Assembly: GCA_963762115.1 (NCBI GenBank)
Contig: CAVXJH010000005.1
Span: 113,812 to 177,811 of the forward strand
Source of the DNA: Candidatus Babeliales bacterium
GTDB lineage: Bacteria > Babelota > Babeliae > Babelales > JANWKD01
Direction: 5' to 3'
DNA: 64,000 nucleotides
Shown: piece by piece, positions 29,944 through 40,583 of the stretch
How the letters are laid out: each line of letters starts with the position of its first letter
Numbering within the stretch: position 1 is the stretch's first letter
The notes under the pieces: model-generated
Databases searched by the model: none
The model's input: only the letters and a program-made list of their open reading frames with translations
What the model was told of the DNA's origin: nothing
Made by a program: the position numbers and the translations under genes

Positions 29944-32363
29944 GTATATGGTTTAGTTATCAAATATTCTTGAATTAGATATTTTATCCAATCATTGATG
30001 ACTAAAGAAAATACAAATGCATAACTCATTATAAAAAAAGTATATGCTATCGGTATTGGTGTAAATTCTAATAAGCCAAGTGTTGTAATTAAAAAAGCTC
30101 CCACTATATCGATTATTATCGCACTCAGCAATGTTTTGCTTGGCATTGTGCGCCAAAAGTGCCCTCTTTCTCTCACCACAAAAACAGAAAATATTGCAAA
30201 ATAAAAGAGTATTTCAAAGCAAAAGGTATTAAGAGAATGCTTATCTACTTGAAGATAGGTAATTCCTATGTATAAAAGTCCAAGTGCTTCTATTACCATT
30301 GCAATTCCTAAAATAAACGCAATGCGACTTACCTGAGCAATATTCCAAGAACATGGCTTTTTTGATATTTCTTCATTATCTGTAGCAAGAGAGAGTTTTA
30401 TAAAATCAGTCATAAAAATAAGTAAAAGCATCTCTAATGATGAGATTACATATTCTCCAGTTATTAAAAATGCAATGACAATGAAACCGGTTTTTAAAAC
30501 TGTGCGAGAAATTTTATTGATAATCCAAGTATTAACTCGTCGAAAAATGAGTCGCCCCATTTTTATGAGATAATTAATATGATAAAGACCAGCTTCAGTT
30601 AATACAATGCTGGCTGCTTTTTTTGCTGCATCTGTAGCATCCTGCACAGCAATGCCAACTTCTGCCTGCTTTAAAGCTGGCGCATCATTGACGCCATCGC
30701 CCATCATACCAACAATCTGTCCCTCAATTTGTAATATCTTAACAATTTTGTATTTATCTTCCGGAAAAATTTCAGCAAAAATATTGTTTTTTTTAACTAT
30801 TTCTTTAATCTGAACTTGATTTTGATTTTTATAGATTGAAAAATTAACAGCATCCCCTTCAAGATCAACAATTCTAGCTATTTCCTGAGTAATTGCTAAA
30901 GCATCCCCTGTTAATAATTTAATGCTTATTCCCAAGTCTCTTAGTTCAGCTAAAACTTTTTTTGATTCAGGCCTTGGAGGATCTTGTAATGCACTAAGAC
31001 CTACAATAGTTGGTATATTATTAATAGTTTTTGCTATGGCGATAGTGCGATATCCTTTTTTTGCAAAAGAATCTGCATAATTGGTCAATTTATTACTTTC
31101 TGCATCAGACAATTCAAAATGTTGTATCATTAAATTCAATGAACCCTTATAAACATGAAGAGTCTTTCCATCTTTTTCAAGAAGCACATCAGTTCTTTTA
31201 GTCGTTGGTTCAAATGGTATCAACTCTTTAATAGTATATGATGCAAGCGATAATTTTTTTTGTTTGGCAGCTTCAATAAATGCAAGGTCAATCGGATCTA
31301 GACTTGCCTCTTGTGAGGCTAATGCACCATAAAGCAGTACGTCATCAGATGAAGTATCAGCAAAGGTAACAATCTCAACAATGGCAAGTTGATTCAATGT
31401 TAAGGTACCAGTTTTATCTATACACAAAGTTGTTAACAGTGCTGCATCTTCAAGAGCATTTAAACGTGATACAAGTACATTCTTCTTTGATAAATTTCTT
31501 GACCCTATAGCCATACTAATAGTAAACATAGCTGGCAATGCAACTGGTATACCACCTAATAAAAGTACAAGCATAAGCGGTAAAATTTCTAAGAAAGGAA
31601 TGCCCTGCTTCAATGAAATCAAAATCACGATTAAAATTATTCCCGTCACAATTGCCAAGAGCCATTTAGTTATTACCGTAATAATTAAATCTACATGTGG
31701 TTCTGGCGCAGCCTTTTGCACTAATTCTATAGTTTTACCAAAATACGTTTTAGAACCAGTGAGAACAACAAGACCTTTTGCTTGACCATGAGTCACGATT
31801 GAGCCTGAATAAACATAGTCATTGATATTTTTTTCTATCATTAACGATTCACCAGTTAGCGCTGATTGATCAACTTCCAATGAACTAGAAATTATCTTTA
31901 TATCAGCAGGAATAAAATCACCGGTTTTAATACTAATAACATCGCCTGGTACAAGTTCTTTTGCTGGTATTAATAACCATACTCCATCTCGCAATACCTT
32001 AACGTGGATAAATAACTTTTTCTTCAAACCTTCAACAGCATTGGAAGCTAATAATTCTTCCATAAAACTTATAAGAGCATTCAAAAACAGTAGGGCAGTA
32101 ACAATATAAAGATCAAAAAAGCGATGCAAAATCCATGAAAGTACAATTATAATTTCAAGCATCCAAGCAGTAATATTCCAAAATTTTTGTAAAAATTTTT
32201 TAATAACACTCGTTTTTTTCTCAGGAATTTCATTATAACCATATTGCTTTAATCTTTGCTGAACTTCTGCTTTATCAAGACCGTTATTAAAGTCTGTATT
32301 GAGTGTTTTTATCAGTTGATCTATATTTTGATGTAAAATTTCTTCGGCAGACATAAGATACAA
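29934..32363 (-). CDS. P-type ATPase, P3A (plasma-membrane H+-ATPase-like)
   Basis: DQSALTGES, GIPVALP, DKTGTLT, DPPR, GDGVNDAPALK. Confidence 0.9.
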   Translation of the reverse strand: MYLMSAEEILHQNIDQLIKTLNTDFNNGLDKAEVQQRLKQYGYNEIPEKKTSVIKKFLQKFWNITAWMLEIIIVLSWILHRFFDLYIVTALLFLNALISFMEELLASNAVEGLKKKLFIHVKVLRDGVWLLIPAKELVPGDVISIKTGDFIPADIKIISSSLEVDQSALTGESLMIEKNINDYVYSGSIVTHGQAKGLVVLTGSKTYFGKTIELVQKAAPEPHVDLIITVITKWLLAIVTGIILIVILISLKQGIPFLEILPLMLVLLLGGIPVALPAMFTISMAIGSRNLSKKNVLVSRLNALEDAALLTTLCIDKTGTLTLNQLAIVEIVTFADTSSDDVLLYGALASQEASLDPIDLAFIEAAKQKKLSLASYTIKELIPFEPTTKRTDVLLEKDGKTLHVYKGSLNLMIQHFELSDAESNKLTNYADSFAKKGYRTIAIAKTINNIPTIVGLSALQDPPRPESKKVLAELRDLGISIKLLTGDALAITQEIARIVDLEGDAVNFSIYKNQNQVQIKEIVKKNNIFAEIFPEDKYKIVKILQIEGQIVGMMGDGVNDAPALKQAEVGIAVQDATDAAKKAASIVLTEAGLYHINYLIKMGRLIFRRVNTWIINKISRTVLKTGFIVIAFLITGEYVISSLEMLLLIFMTDFIKLSLATDNEEISKKPCSWNIAQVSRIAFILGIAMVIEALGLLYIGITYLQVDKHSLNTFCFEILFYFAIFSVFVVRERGHFWRTMPSKTLLSAIIIDIVGAFLITTLGLLEFTPIPIAYTFFIMSYAFVFSLVINDWIKYLIQEYLITKPYTEH

Positions 32364-32626
32364 TTTCCTTAACTAATGCATAGATATTGTTTTCTTAATA
32401 CAAAATCTTGTCAAAAGTAAAGAGACTCTTTTATCTTTTTTATTCGCTTTTCTTATTTATTAATTCATGTAAGAGATTTTCGCATTGCAGTAATATGTTT
32501 ATGGCTTATGGTTATTTATAAGCGGCTTGAGTATAGTATCATGCATTGGAGATCGGCTTTGAAAATGGTAATAGTGTAGGTATATTAGGATTAAGCTTTA
32601 CCATTATTCATATTTATAATCCCAAT

Positions 32627-33238
32627 CTATCGTTGCTTCTTGTTTAAGGCTCTTCTTCTAATAAAAAATTTACTTATAAAAAATATCCAACATATAACAA
32701 AAGAAATAATGGAAATGAGAATGAGAATGGTAGCGGTAATTTTTGCATACCACGTTGGAACAATAAGCCACACCATAATCCATTGGGTAATAACAATTAT
32801 TCCAAGTAAGCTAGCTGTTAGTAAACTACTTGCACGCACAAATAAAGGAAGCAGATTGGTATATGGAGTAATTGCAAGAACAAAAAAGAATATCGCAGAG
32901 CACATTAAAATAACAAAAGGTATGTATGCATTGCCGCATGAAAATTTTCTACTACTATATCTTCCATCGCTTTTGTAAAAAGCAAGTTTTTCATTTAAAA
33001 TTTTCCTATGATCATGCAATTCTTTAAACTTTTCTAAGTGTTTCATCGTCTTCGGTTGTTTCATAAGAATATCTATTTCTTTTTCTAATGCTTTCAATTG
33101 TACTTCAATTTCATATTGAGCAAGTAATGTTTCAGCAAAAGCTGTTGGTTTTAAGGAAATAGATAAATTGCATACACTAACAATGCAGAAGAGTATTATT
33201 AATAACCATATAAGCGAGTATTTCATGTTCATAACCAT
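32627..33238 (-). CDS. Hypothetical membrane protein
   Basis: N-terminal TM, coiled coil, three C-terminal TMs. Confidence 0.65.
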   Translation of the reverse strand: MVMNMKYSLIWLLIILFCIVSVCNLSISLKPTAFAETLLAQYEIEVQLKALEKEIDILMKQPKTMKHLEKFKELHDHRKILNEKLAFYKSDGRYSSRKFSCGNAYIPFVILMCSAIFFFVLAITPYTNLLPLFVRASSLLTASLLGIIVITQWIMVWLIVPTWYAKITATILILISIISFVICWIFFISKFFIRRRALNKKQR

Positions 33239-33789
33239 AAGCTACCAAAATATTTTGCAAATAAATCTATTCCCTCTTGCACCTTTTGATGATGCTCTTC
33301 AAATTTTTTGTGAAAAATCTCAAAAGTAGGTTGCATAATTCCTGAGCATCGATTCCATTCCAAAGATTCTAAGGCAATAGGTTTTTTAGCATTCTTAAAT
33401 CGTTCACGATCTTCTTGTTTTAATTTTTTTAATTCTTTTTTATGAATCTTACTGATCCTATTATATTCTTTATAATACTCTTTTTCAGCTGGTCCATCCC
33501 AACCACGATTCTTAGTTATCCATTCAAAAGAGTAAATCATTGTATCAAGACATACTAACCATTCATCAAATCTATCTGGATTATCTGGACCTTCTGGTTT
33601 TGCTGGATCGGGAGCAAAAGGCATAGGATATCCTTGATACTCATATGTATCATATCTTTTACGGTATTTTTTTAAGAAAGGATAAATAACGCAAGCTAAG
33701 GTAACATCTCCATTCCACAAATCATCGTATGTCACAGATACTTTTACTCTATCTTTTTCTTTATCTTTATAGGTGATTGATACTTTCAT
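33229..33789 (-). CDS. Hypothetical protein (phage-like, D.W..D.TLA..I.P.L ... GI.LF.KY..LW pattern)
   Basis: 186-aa ORF; the phage resemblance is recalled pattern only. Confidence 0.6.
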   Translation of the reverse strand: MKVSITYKDKEKDRVKVSVTYDDLWNGDVTLACVIYPFLKKYRKRYDTYEYQGYPMPFAPDPAKPEGPDNPDRFDEWLVCLDTMIYSFEWITKNRGWDGPAEKEYYKEYNRISKIHKKELKKLKQEDRERFKNAKKPIALESLEWNRCSGIMQPTFEIFHKKFEEHHQKVQEGIDLFAKYFGSLWL

Positions 33790-33814
33790 AAATATTTTGT
33801 TTAAAAGTTTCTTT

Positions 33815-34249
33815 TTAAGATAACGACTTTATAGACAAAATTAATGCGATAAATCCAGTTAATCCTAATATACAATATGCTAAATCTGGAACTGGATGAT
33901 TTTTGCGAGCCGGTAAAAATCGTAATGTGCATTTGTGATCGATTGTAATGTCTTCAATAAACACTTTTGGCCATCCAAATAAATAGGGTAACCACCAGGT
34001 GTTAATATGACCAAACATAAATAGAAATAAGCCTAAGATAAACAACAGTTTGGTGTAAAAATTACCGAATGTATAACCAATCGTAAGAAGTATTATTATG
34101 CACCAATTGATAAATAATGTTCGTTTCCAAGAAGGTGTATTGGGAAATTTATCAATATCATTTAAGGGGGGAATTGGAATAAAATGGATAATAAAGAACC
34201 ATAAGGCAAAAATAATTTGTGAAAGAAATGTGTAGAAATTTATATTCAT
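33815..34249 (-). CDS. Hypothetical membrane protein
   Basis: Four hydrophobic segments, WWLPY motif. Confidence 0.65.
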   Translation of the reverse strand: MNINFYTFLSQIIFALWFFIIHFIPIPPLNDIDKFPNTPSWKRTLFINWCIIILLTIGYTFGNFYTKLLFILGLFLFMFGHINTWWLPYLFGWPKVFIEDITIDHKCTLRFLPARKNHPVPDLAYCILGLTGFIALILSIKSLS

Positions 34250-34495
34250 TAGAAAAACCTAAAAAAGATATTGAAGAACTATAATTAGTATAATATTTTT
34301 TTAGCAAAAGCTCTAATAGCTCGGTTAGGATTATTGAAAACGATAGAAATAATAAGTATCCAAGATCTATAATGTACTGATTGAATTTTAATTAATGTTT
34401 CTTATGAGACTTGAACTCACATAGCCAATATAGGCATTTTACCCAGATTTTCCAAAGGAAAACTACACCTTAAAGTGTGTTAAATTAAAGAAACA

Positions 34496-34756
34496 CTATA
34501 CATTATTATCAAGAGATAAAAAATATCGACGTAAAAATATTCTGCCAGCGTTTGATTTTAAATATCATTCAAATTTTAAAGCTTTTGCTTCTTGATCAAA
34601 TCCCAGAAAACCTACCAAGTCCCACGGCTTAAAACCTTTAGTATATACTGATTTTCCTGCATTATGAGCTAAAAATCTTTGTTTTAAATTAGAAGTAAAA
34701 CCTATGTAAGTTTTATCGGGAAACGTTCGAGATTTGATATAATAAACATAAAACAT
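34496..34756 (-). pseudogene. Small GIY-YIG nuclease with in-frame TGA at 34565-34567
   Basis: YVYYI..TYIGFT.NL..R...HN..PW..FE*YLKSNAGRIF; homology continues past the stop. Confidence 0.85.
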
Positions 34757-34806
34757 ATTTTTTATCTAATTATTGGTTTGCCAGGGGCATTAAAGAGTAA
34801 GATTTT

Positions 34807-34846
34807 GACTGGCCTGCCAGGCATTTCCTTCAGAAATGCCTGGCGT
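34807..34846. repeat. tRNA-CCA-linked palindrome plus att core TGGCGT
   Basis: GACTGGCCTG-CCAGGCATTTC-CTTCA-GAAATGCCTGG-CGT. Confidence 0.85.
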
Positions 34847-35032
34847 TACCTAGTAGAGACAGCCCTTAACCATGAGCTCGAATTTAGCACTGGTGTGCAA
34901 GTCATAAAAACCGTTTGTTCTAGCTTAAATATTGAAATTAATAAATAATAATTTGCTCTATTTTATTTTGCTTTTTTTGCCATCTCTTGCTAAAATATAC
35001 TAAAACTGGCATAATTTAAGTGAGTAGTATAT

Positions 35033-35395
35033 ATGAAACACAAACAACTAATTTGGATTGGTTCTAGCAAAAAAGACCTTAAAGATCTTCCTGATGAAGT
35101 TATAGACACTATGGGATATGGGCTCTACCTCGCACAGAAAGGTGAGCAGCATGAAAATGCTAAGGTGCTCAAAGGCTTTGGAAGCGCTGGGGTTCTTGAA
35201 ATAAAAGAATCTGATGCAGCTGGCACCTATCGAGCTGTTTACACAGTTACTATGCCTGAGGTAGTATTTGTATTACATGTATTTCAAAAAAAGTCTAAAG
35301 AAGGAATTAAAACACCGCAACAAGATATAAAACTTATAAAAAGTAGACTTAAATGTGCTCAAGAAATTTATAAAGAAAAATTTAAAAAGAAATAA
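35033..35395 (+). CDS. RelE/HigB-like toxin (Gp49/DUF891 type)
   Basis: WIGSSKKDL..LP, LKGFG.AGV.EI, TYRAVY, VLHVFQKKS. Confidence 0.88.
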   Translation: MKHKQLIWIGSSKKDLKDLPDEVIDTMGYGLYLAQKGEQHENAKVLKGFGSAGVLEIKESDAAGTYRAVYTVTMPEVVFVLHVFQKKSKEGIKTPQQDIKLIKSRLKCAQEIYKEKFKKK

Positions 35396-35400
35396 GTGTT

Positions 35401-35829
35401 ATGAAAAAGAATAATGATTATATCATAAGTTCAGGTAATGTATTTGCTGATCTTGGTCTTTCAAATCCAGAAGAAAGACTTGCAAAAGCAGAATTAGCAC
35501 GTCAAATTAATAACATTATTAAGCAAAAAAAACTTACTCAAGTTGCCGCAGCTGAACTGCTGGAAATAGATCAACCAAAAATATCTGCTCTAAGCACTGG
35601 AAGATTATCAGGCTTTTCTCTCGAAAGACTTTTTCGTTTTTTAAATATCTTGGGCCAAGATATTACCATTAAAGTTACGCCAAAAACACGAACAAAACAA
35701 AAAGCTGAAGTTAGAGTCAATGTTCCCAAAACAAAGAAACCTGTAATGATAAAACAACCTCAAGCTGAATCTTCAAGCGTTCGAGCTCTTCATGCAAAAA
35801 AAAAAATAAATAGTTCTCGCTATGGCTAA
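35401..35829 (+). CDS. XRE-type HTH antitoxin
   Basis: SSGNVFADLG, LTQ..AA.LL.IDQPKIS, FSLERL; follows the toxin. Confidence 0.88.
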   Translation: MKKNNDYIISSGNVFADLGLSNPEERLAKAELARQINNIIKQKKLTQVAAAELLEIDQPKISALSTGRLSGFSLERLFRFLNILGQDITIKVTPKTRTKQKAEVRVNVPKTKKPVMIKQPQAESSSVRALHAKKKINSSRYG

Positions 35830-36115
35830 AGAATTAAAAGAATTTAAACATTATTTTTCAGAAAAGCTCAAAGATCTTAGGTATGCAATTGCGTATCTTA
35901 ATGAAGCATTAGCAAATGAGGATAAGCGAGTTTTATTAGTAGCATTAACAAATGTTTGTGAAGCTCAAAAGGGAAATATAAAAACAAAAAGTTTCCAAAA
36001 ATATCTTGAAAAACGCTTGGATAAAGACGAGATTACCGAAATTGAAAGACAAGCACTGTTAGAAATTGATATTCTTCAATCTATGCAAAATTCAATATCA
36101 GACGCTATTGACTGA
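35822..36115 (+). CDS. Degenerate addiction-module antidote-like protein
   Basis: LKD..YAIAYLNEAL...LLVAL..V.EAQ.G; HTH part missing. Confidence 0.55.
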   Translation: MAKELKEFKHYFSEKLKDLRYAIAYLNEALANEDKRVLLVALTNVCEAQKGNIKTKSFQKYLEKRLDKDEITEIERQALLEIDILQSMQNSISDAID

Positions 36116-36232
36116 TTAACATTGGTTTTATCAAATTTAAATTTTAATGATTTTTTTGCATACTCATTTTTATTGAGTGAATAAGGGCAAACACCGGATC
36201 GCATACAATGGTTGGGCCATAATAAGTGTGCA

Positions 36233-36583
36233 TTAAGGGATTACTATAACCATAAATGATGGAAAATGCAGAGGGAAATGGGTATATAATGGAATATAGT
36301 AATGATGCAATTTTTTGGGTAAAAAAACTGCAATGATTCCTGAAACCGCAAAAAGACCTGCAGCAGTCAATCCTGAATATGGCAATTTACTTTCATAGGC
36401 AGTACATCCGGCAATGCTAAAACTAAGTGCTGTTGCTGCCAAGAGTATGTTGGTAATTTTTATGCTTAGCGTTGTTTCTTCTTCTGCAACTTGACAGTCA
36501 CTTTCATGAGCGAGCAAAGTATAATTCTGACCGCTAAAGCATAAAAATATAAAAATTAACATTCTTAATTTGAACGTTGTCAT
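36233..36583 (-). CDS. Small secreted membrane protein
   Basis: Signal peptide plus two TMs. Confidence 0.6.
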   Translation of the reverse strand: MTTFKLRMLIFIFLCFSGQNYTLLAHESDCQVAEEETTLSIKITNILLAATALSFSIAGCTAYESKLPYSGLTAAGLFAVSGIIAVFLPKKLHHYYIPLYTHFPLHFPSFMVIVIP

Positions 36584-36585
36584 AT

Positions 36586-37149
36586 TTAGTTACTTTCACT
36601 CGTATTGTGTTTTTTGAGAAATCGCTGAGCCTTCTCTTTATCTTTTTCAAAACCACTAATTTTGTTTACTGTATAAAAATAGCTTATATCTTCATTACTA
36701 TAATTTAACAATATTCCAATGAGATAATGATTTAAATCCTTTTGAGGATTACGAGCATATTTTCTTGCAAATATATGTTCATACTCCTCAAGCATTAATG
36801 CCTGTTCTTTGCCTTCAGAGGTATAAAGAATTAATGAGGCTTCTTCCGGCTTATTATTAAAATTAAGGCCATTTTTTACTTCAATACTATGTATTCCTAA
36901 ATTTTCGATAGGTAAAAATTCTTTTGCAATATATGAAAAATCTTTTTTAGTTCCCCAATATACTTTTTTATACCCAGCAATCATACATTTTATTCGACAA
37001 TTAACATTGTCATTACCACTCAAATCATCATGTACATTTCTTGCTGCCCCGCAACATTGTTCCGAAGGAATGAAATCTTTATGCCAAATATTTGAAGGAA
37101 AATAAGCAAAGACAGCTGAGCTTAAAATGAATAATAGAAATTTTATCAT
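36586..37149 (-). CDS. Secreted hypothetical protein
   Basis: Signal peptide; IG.LL.Y..EDI..FY motif. Confidence 0.65.
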   Translation of the reverse strand: MIKFLLFILSSAVFAYFPSNIWHKDFIPSEQCCGAARNVHDDLSGNDNVNCRIKCMIAGYKKVYWGTKKDFSYIAKEFLPIENLGIHSIEVKNGLNFNNKPEEASLILYTSEGKEQALMLEEYEHIFARKYARNPQKDLNHYLIGILLNYSNEDISYFYTVNKISGFEKDKEKAQRFLKKHNTSESN

Positions 37150-37406
37150 AAAGTTTATCTTATTTTTAATATGTTTTTTTATTTTAAAAGTAGCAATACT
37201 GATGCATTAAGTAAAGATCATTTAATTAAAACAAGGTCCTTTTATTCTTTTTTATTGCCAATATAGGCTCTTCAAATAAGCCAACCATGTTAAATTATTA
37301 CTGTTTTAACCTGTAAAGCTATAGGCATCTAGAACTTTTTTGATTTTCTGTTAAACTAATAAATGATTATTAATCATAAAAATAACAAATTAAATGAGGT
37401 TATAAC

Positions 37407-37808
37407 ATGGATTATCACAGATTTTTGGCTATATTAGCTGTCTTTTTCTTATTTCAGAATACTTTTCCGGGAAATGATGAAGTTTCACAAACTTCCTTCA
37501 ATACAAGATCAGAAAACCCTATACAAGCCCCCGGTCCTATTATGATCCCATTAAACAATAGTCTCCCATTTTATTCCGTCTCAATCGCTAAAAAATTGTA
37601 CAACGGTACTCCCTTAACTCAAGAAGAAAAAAGATTTCCCAAAATAGCATTAGGCCTTACTTGTGCTATAAACGCACTTTTTATACCTGCCTGTTTAAAA
37701 ATGCAAGGTCACCCCGTTTCTGTCGGTAATGTTGCTGCGTTAACTATTGTTGCATTGCCAATAACTTGGTTCTTTTCTGAATTTTTAAATTGTGAATGGG
37801 ATGATTAA
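37407..37808 (+). CDS. Small secreted membrane protein
   Basis: GAGG RBS, signal peptide, two C-terminal TMs. Confidence 0.65.
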   Translation: MDYHRFLAILAVFFLFQNTFPGNDEVSQTSFNTRSENPIQAPGPIMIPLNNSLPFYSVSIAKKLYNGTPLTQEEKRFPKIALGLTCAINALFIPACLKMQGHPVSVGNVAALTIVALPITWFFSEFLNCEWDD

Positions 37809-37863
37809 AAAATAAGAAATTTTAATAACACATTATTTCGGTCTAATACTACTGGGAGAGTTT

Positions 37864-38340
37864 CTTGCATTTATTTCCAAATCGCATATACTCTCCGATT
37901 GTAGCAATCAAAGCACTCTCTTCATCAAAAGGAACAATCATGTTCTTGTTCAACAGAACGCAGATTCTGTCTCTCACCTCACAAAATCAAATTACATCCA
38001 TCCTCATTACCTTTCGAATTTCCGAAACATATATCGGGCTCGATGAGCAGGAAAGCTGCTACACAGCTTAATTCCAATTAATTTGTTCCTACATTCAAGA
38101 ATGGTTTTATAAAACCATAAAACTAAAAAAAGAAATTAAGATATTTCTAAAATATCTTGAGGAGATTTATTTATATGAAGAATCCCCCTAGAGTAAATAT
38201 ATTGTTATCTGTTGATGATAAAAACGATTTACTGATTTTTTTGTGATACTTATCGCCGTCGATAGAAGAGTTAATGCAAAACCAAGAAATAAACCTAAAG
38301 CAAAGAAATAGGCTCGCAATCGCGGGCCTTGTTTCTTGTG
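37864..38340. repeat. Conserved block (copy 1) homologous to 45425-45930, including a frameshifted copy of the small basic ORF (from 38175)
   Basis: Colinear high similarity over ~470 bp. Confidence 0.9.
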
Positions 38341-38424
38341 AGCAATTGCGCTACCTTTGAATACATTCGAACATCGCCTGTTAACATATGCTTTACCATG
38401 TGTGCGTTATCATTCTGAGTGTGT

Positions 38425-39213
38425 TTAAGAATACTCTTGTTGAAAGCCCGCATTATGCTCGGCGATACTTTCTTTTAATTTATTAATCTCAGATTGTATG
38501 TATCCATTAAGTGTTCTAGATGAGCGAGGAGTCGTTTTAGCATATAAAGCATTAATTTGTTGTATATTTTTATTACGTAAAGCTTCTCTTATTCTTATAT
38601 CTTCATCACGACTGTTTTTTACAATCTGAATCATTTCTTCAGCCTGTGCACAAGATGCTTCCATTTTAACTCGTGTACTATCCATTGCTTTCATATACAG
38701 TCTTTTTTCTTCATTACCATCAACCCTTTTTGCTTTCATAAATACTTGAAGCCTCTTAATTTGTAAAAAGAATTTATCTTCCTCATCAAGATTTTGTAAT
38801 AAGAGTAATCTATGTTCTCTTTTTTTGGTTTTTAATAAAAAATCAATATCACGAATTATAAGTCGTCCTATAAAATTATTGGTAGTTTCATGTAATTCTG
38901 ACAAGTGAGAAAATCGTGCCGGTACTTTTGATATTTGTGTGAGGTAACAAAGTAATCCATATGTTGATTCCAAAGATAGCATAGACTCAGAGAATGAAGC
39001 TTGTGGATTTTTAAAAAATATATTTTGTTCATCTGAATGTAGCCCTCTGTTAAGTAATGCATCAGCAAAACAGTTTAGAAGATGCAAGTCTTCAAAAAAT
39101 TCTTTTTTATGCGAAGACTCTTCTCTTGAGGAATTTTCGAGTTGCTTTTCCATTGCAGCTATGGATGTTGAAATAAATAATATAAAAAAGAATGTTTTTT
39201 TGAATGTAAACAT
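38425..39213 (-). CDS. Secreted hypothetical protein (cargo)
   Basis: Signal peptide then AMEKQ; helical. Confidence 0.75.
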   Translation of the reverse strand: MFTFKKTFFFILFISTSIAAMEKQLENSSREESSHKKEFFEDLHLLNCFADALLNRGLHSDEQNIFFKNPQASFSESMLSLESTYGLLCYLTQISKVPARFSHLSELHETTNNFIGRLIIRDIDFLLKTKKREHRLLLLQNLDEEDKFFLQIKRLQVFMKAKRVDGNEEKRLYMKAMDSTRVKMEASCAQAEEMIQIVKNSRDEDIRIREALRNKNIQQINALYAKTTPRSSRTLNGYIQSEINKLKESIAEHNAGFQQEYS

Positions 39214-39464
39214 AAAAACCTTTCATGAAAAAATATTGCAGCAATAATGTAGGTCGAATATATCACAATTTTTTCTTTATGTTAGCATGCCGCTATTTTT
39301 TTTATTCGGTTCAAAAAATAAACATGATTCAAAGTTACTTATACCATATTTACGCATATTAAAAATAAGCTCGCAATCGCGGGCCTTGTTTTTTGTGATC
39401 AATTACACTACCTTTGGATACCTGAGAGCATCATATGTCAACGCATATTCACAGAATGCAACGA

Positions 39465-40583
39465 ATGATCGACACCATAGTTTTTACTTTAACCAAAGAC
39501 AAATTTCACATCATTCAGCCCGATAAATTCCAACCATCTGCAACACTTTTGTTATCGCAGTTTTCTCACACAATTCAAGCAAAACAGAACCCAACACAAA
39601 AAGAACTCCTGAAAGGGGAATGCAAAAAACCTCGCTTAACATTGCAAAAGCGCATTAACGCTCAAGGATTGTTTGATCTCATGCTGAAAGCTGAACTCTC
39701 TTTGCCAAAGCTTTTATTTGGCAATAATGTCGATGAGCTTTGCTATAAAGATTTTCCGGCAATCATCAAAAAATTAGTTGTTGTGTTGCAAGAAATGGGC
39801 ATTGAAACAACAGCAAAAGCTCTAGAGAATGCACCGCTCTCTAGCGTTCATTATGCAAAGAATATCCCCCTAACTGACGGCTCTACGCCCTATCATTTCA
39901 TCAACAAAATTAAAGAAGCAAATATCAAAATCTCTCTCGACACAAATCAAACTGATTATCGCAACGATGGCCACAGTTATAAATGGCACTGCAATTCATA
40001 TGAAATTGTTTTCTATGACAAGATTTTGGATCTTGAAAAGGCCAAGAAGAGCGGCAAAAGATCGATTGATAAAGAGAGTGGAATAAACCATTCGCTTTTC
40101 CCCTTTTTCAGGAAAAAAAAGAAATTTGAGATCCTTCGGATGGAAGTTCGATTAAACAAGCGACAGAAAATAAAACAGCTGTTTAAAACATTGGGAATAA
40201 AATCGGATTTGACGCTGAAGAAATTGTTCAAGCCTGCCATTGCAAAGAAAGTGTTGTTGCATTATTTGGATGAACTGGAATCAAAGCGACCTCTCATACT
40301 TGATTATAAATCAGATAATGAAACAGCATTGCTTGCTGATTTAGTTTTCTATAATCCTGAGTTAAGCCCAACGAAGATTTTGCAGCTGTTTGGATTAAAG
40401 CAAGCGCTCAATGTTATGAGCCCTAGGGAGTTAAGAATGTTGTTTGCAAAGTATAATCAAAGATCCTGGTATAAAATTATGGCTGATGCAAATAAAGTTA
40501 AGTTGCCGATTGTGCAACAACCTTTAGATGTTATTCGTAAACAATTGATTGTATTTAAATCCTTAAAATACTTAAATCTATAA
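39465..40583 (+). CDS. Replication initiator, phage/plasmid gpII/X (CRI)-like, copy 1
   Basis: MIDT, SLPKLLFGNN, FYDK, LRMEVRL; start chosen to match copy 2. Confidence 0.75.
   Translation: MIDTIVFTLTKDKFHIIQPDKFQPSATLLLSQFSHTIQAKQNPTQKELLKGECKKPRLTLQKRINAQGLFDLMLKAELSLPKLLFGNNVDELCYKDFPAIIKKLVVVLQEMGIETTAKALENAPLSSVHYAKNIPLTDGSTPYHFINKIKEANIKISLDTNQTDYRNDGHSYKWHCNSYEIVFYDKILDLEKAKKSGKRSIDKESGINHSLFPFFRKKKKFEILRMEVRLNKRQKIKQLFKTLGIKSDLTLKKLFKPAIAKKVLLHYLDELESKRPLILDYKSDNETALLADLVFYNPELSPTKILQLFGLKQALNVMSPRELRMLFAKYNQRSWYKIMADANKVKLPIVQQPLDVIRKQLIVFKSLKYLNL

Noticed and set aside
34565..34567. TGA recoding (alternative genetic code) in the GIY-YIG gene
   Set aside because: Other genes here end in TGA and long genes have no in-frame TGA, so this is a nonsense mutation.
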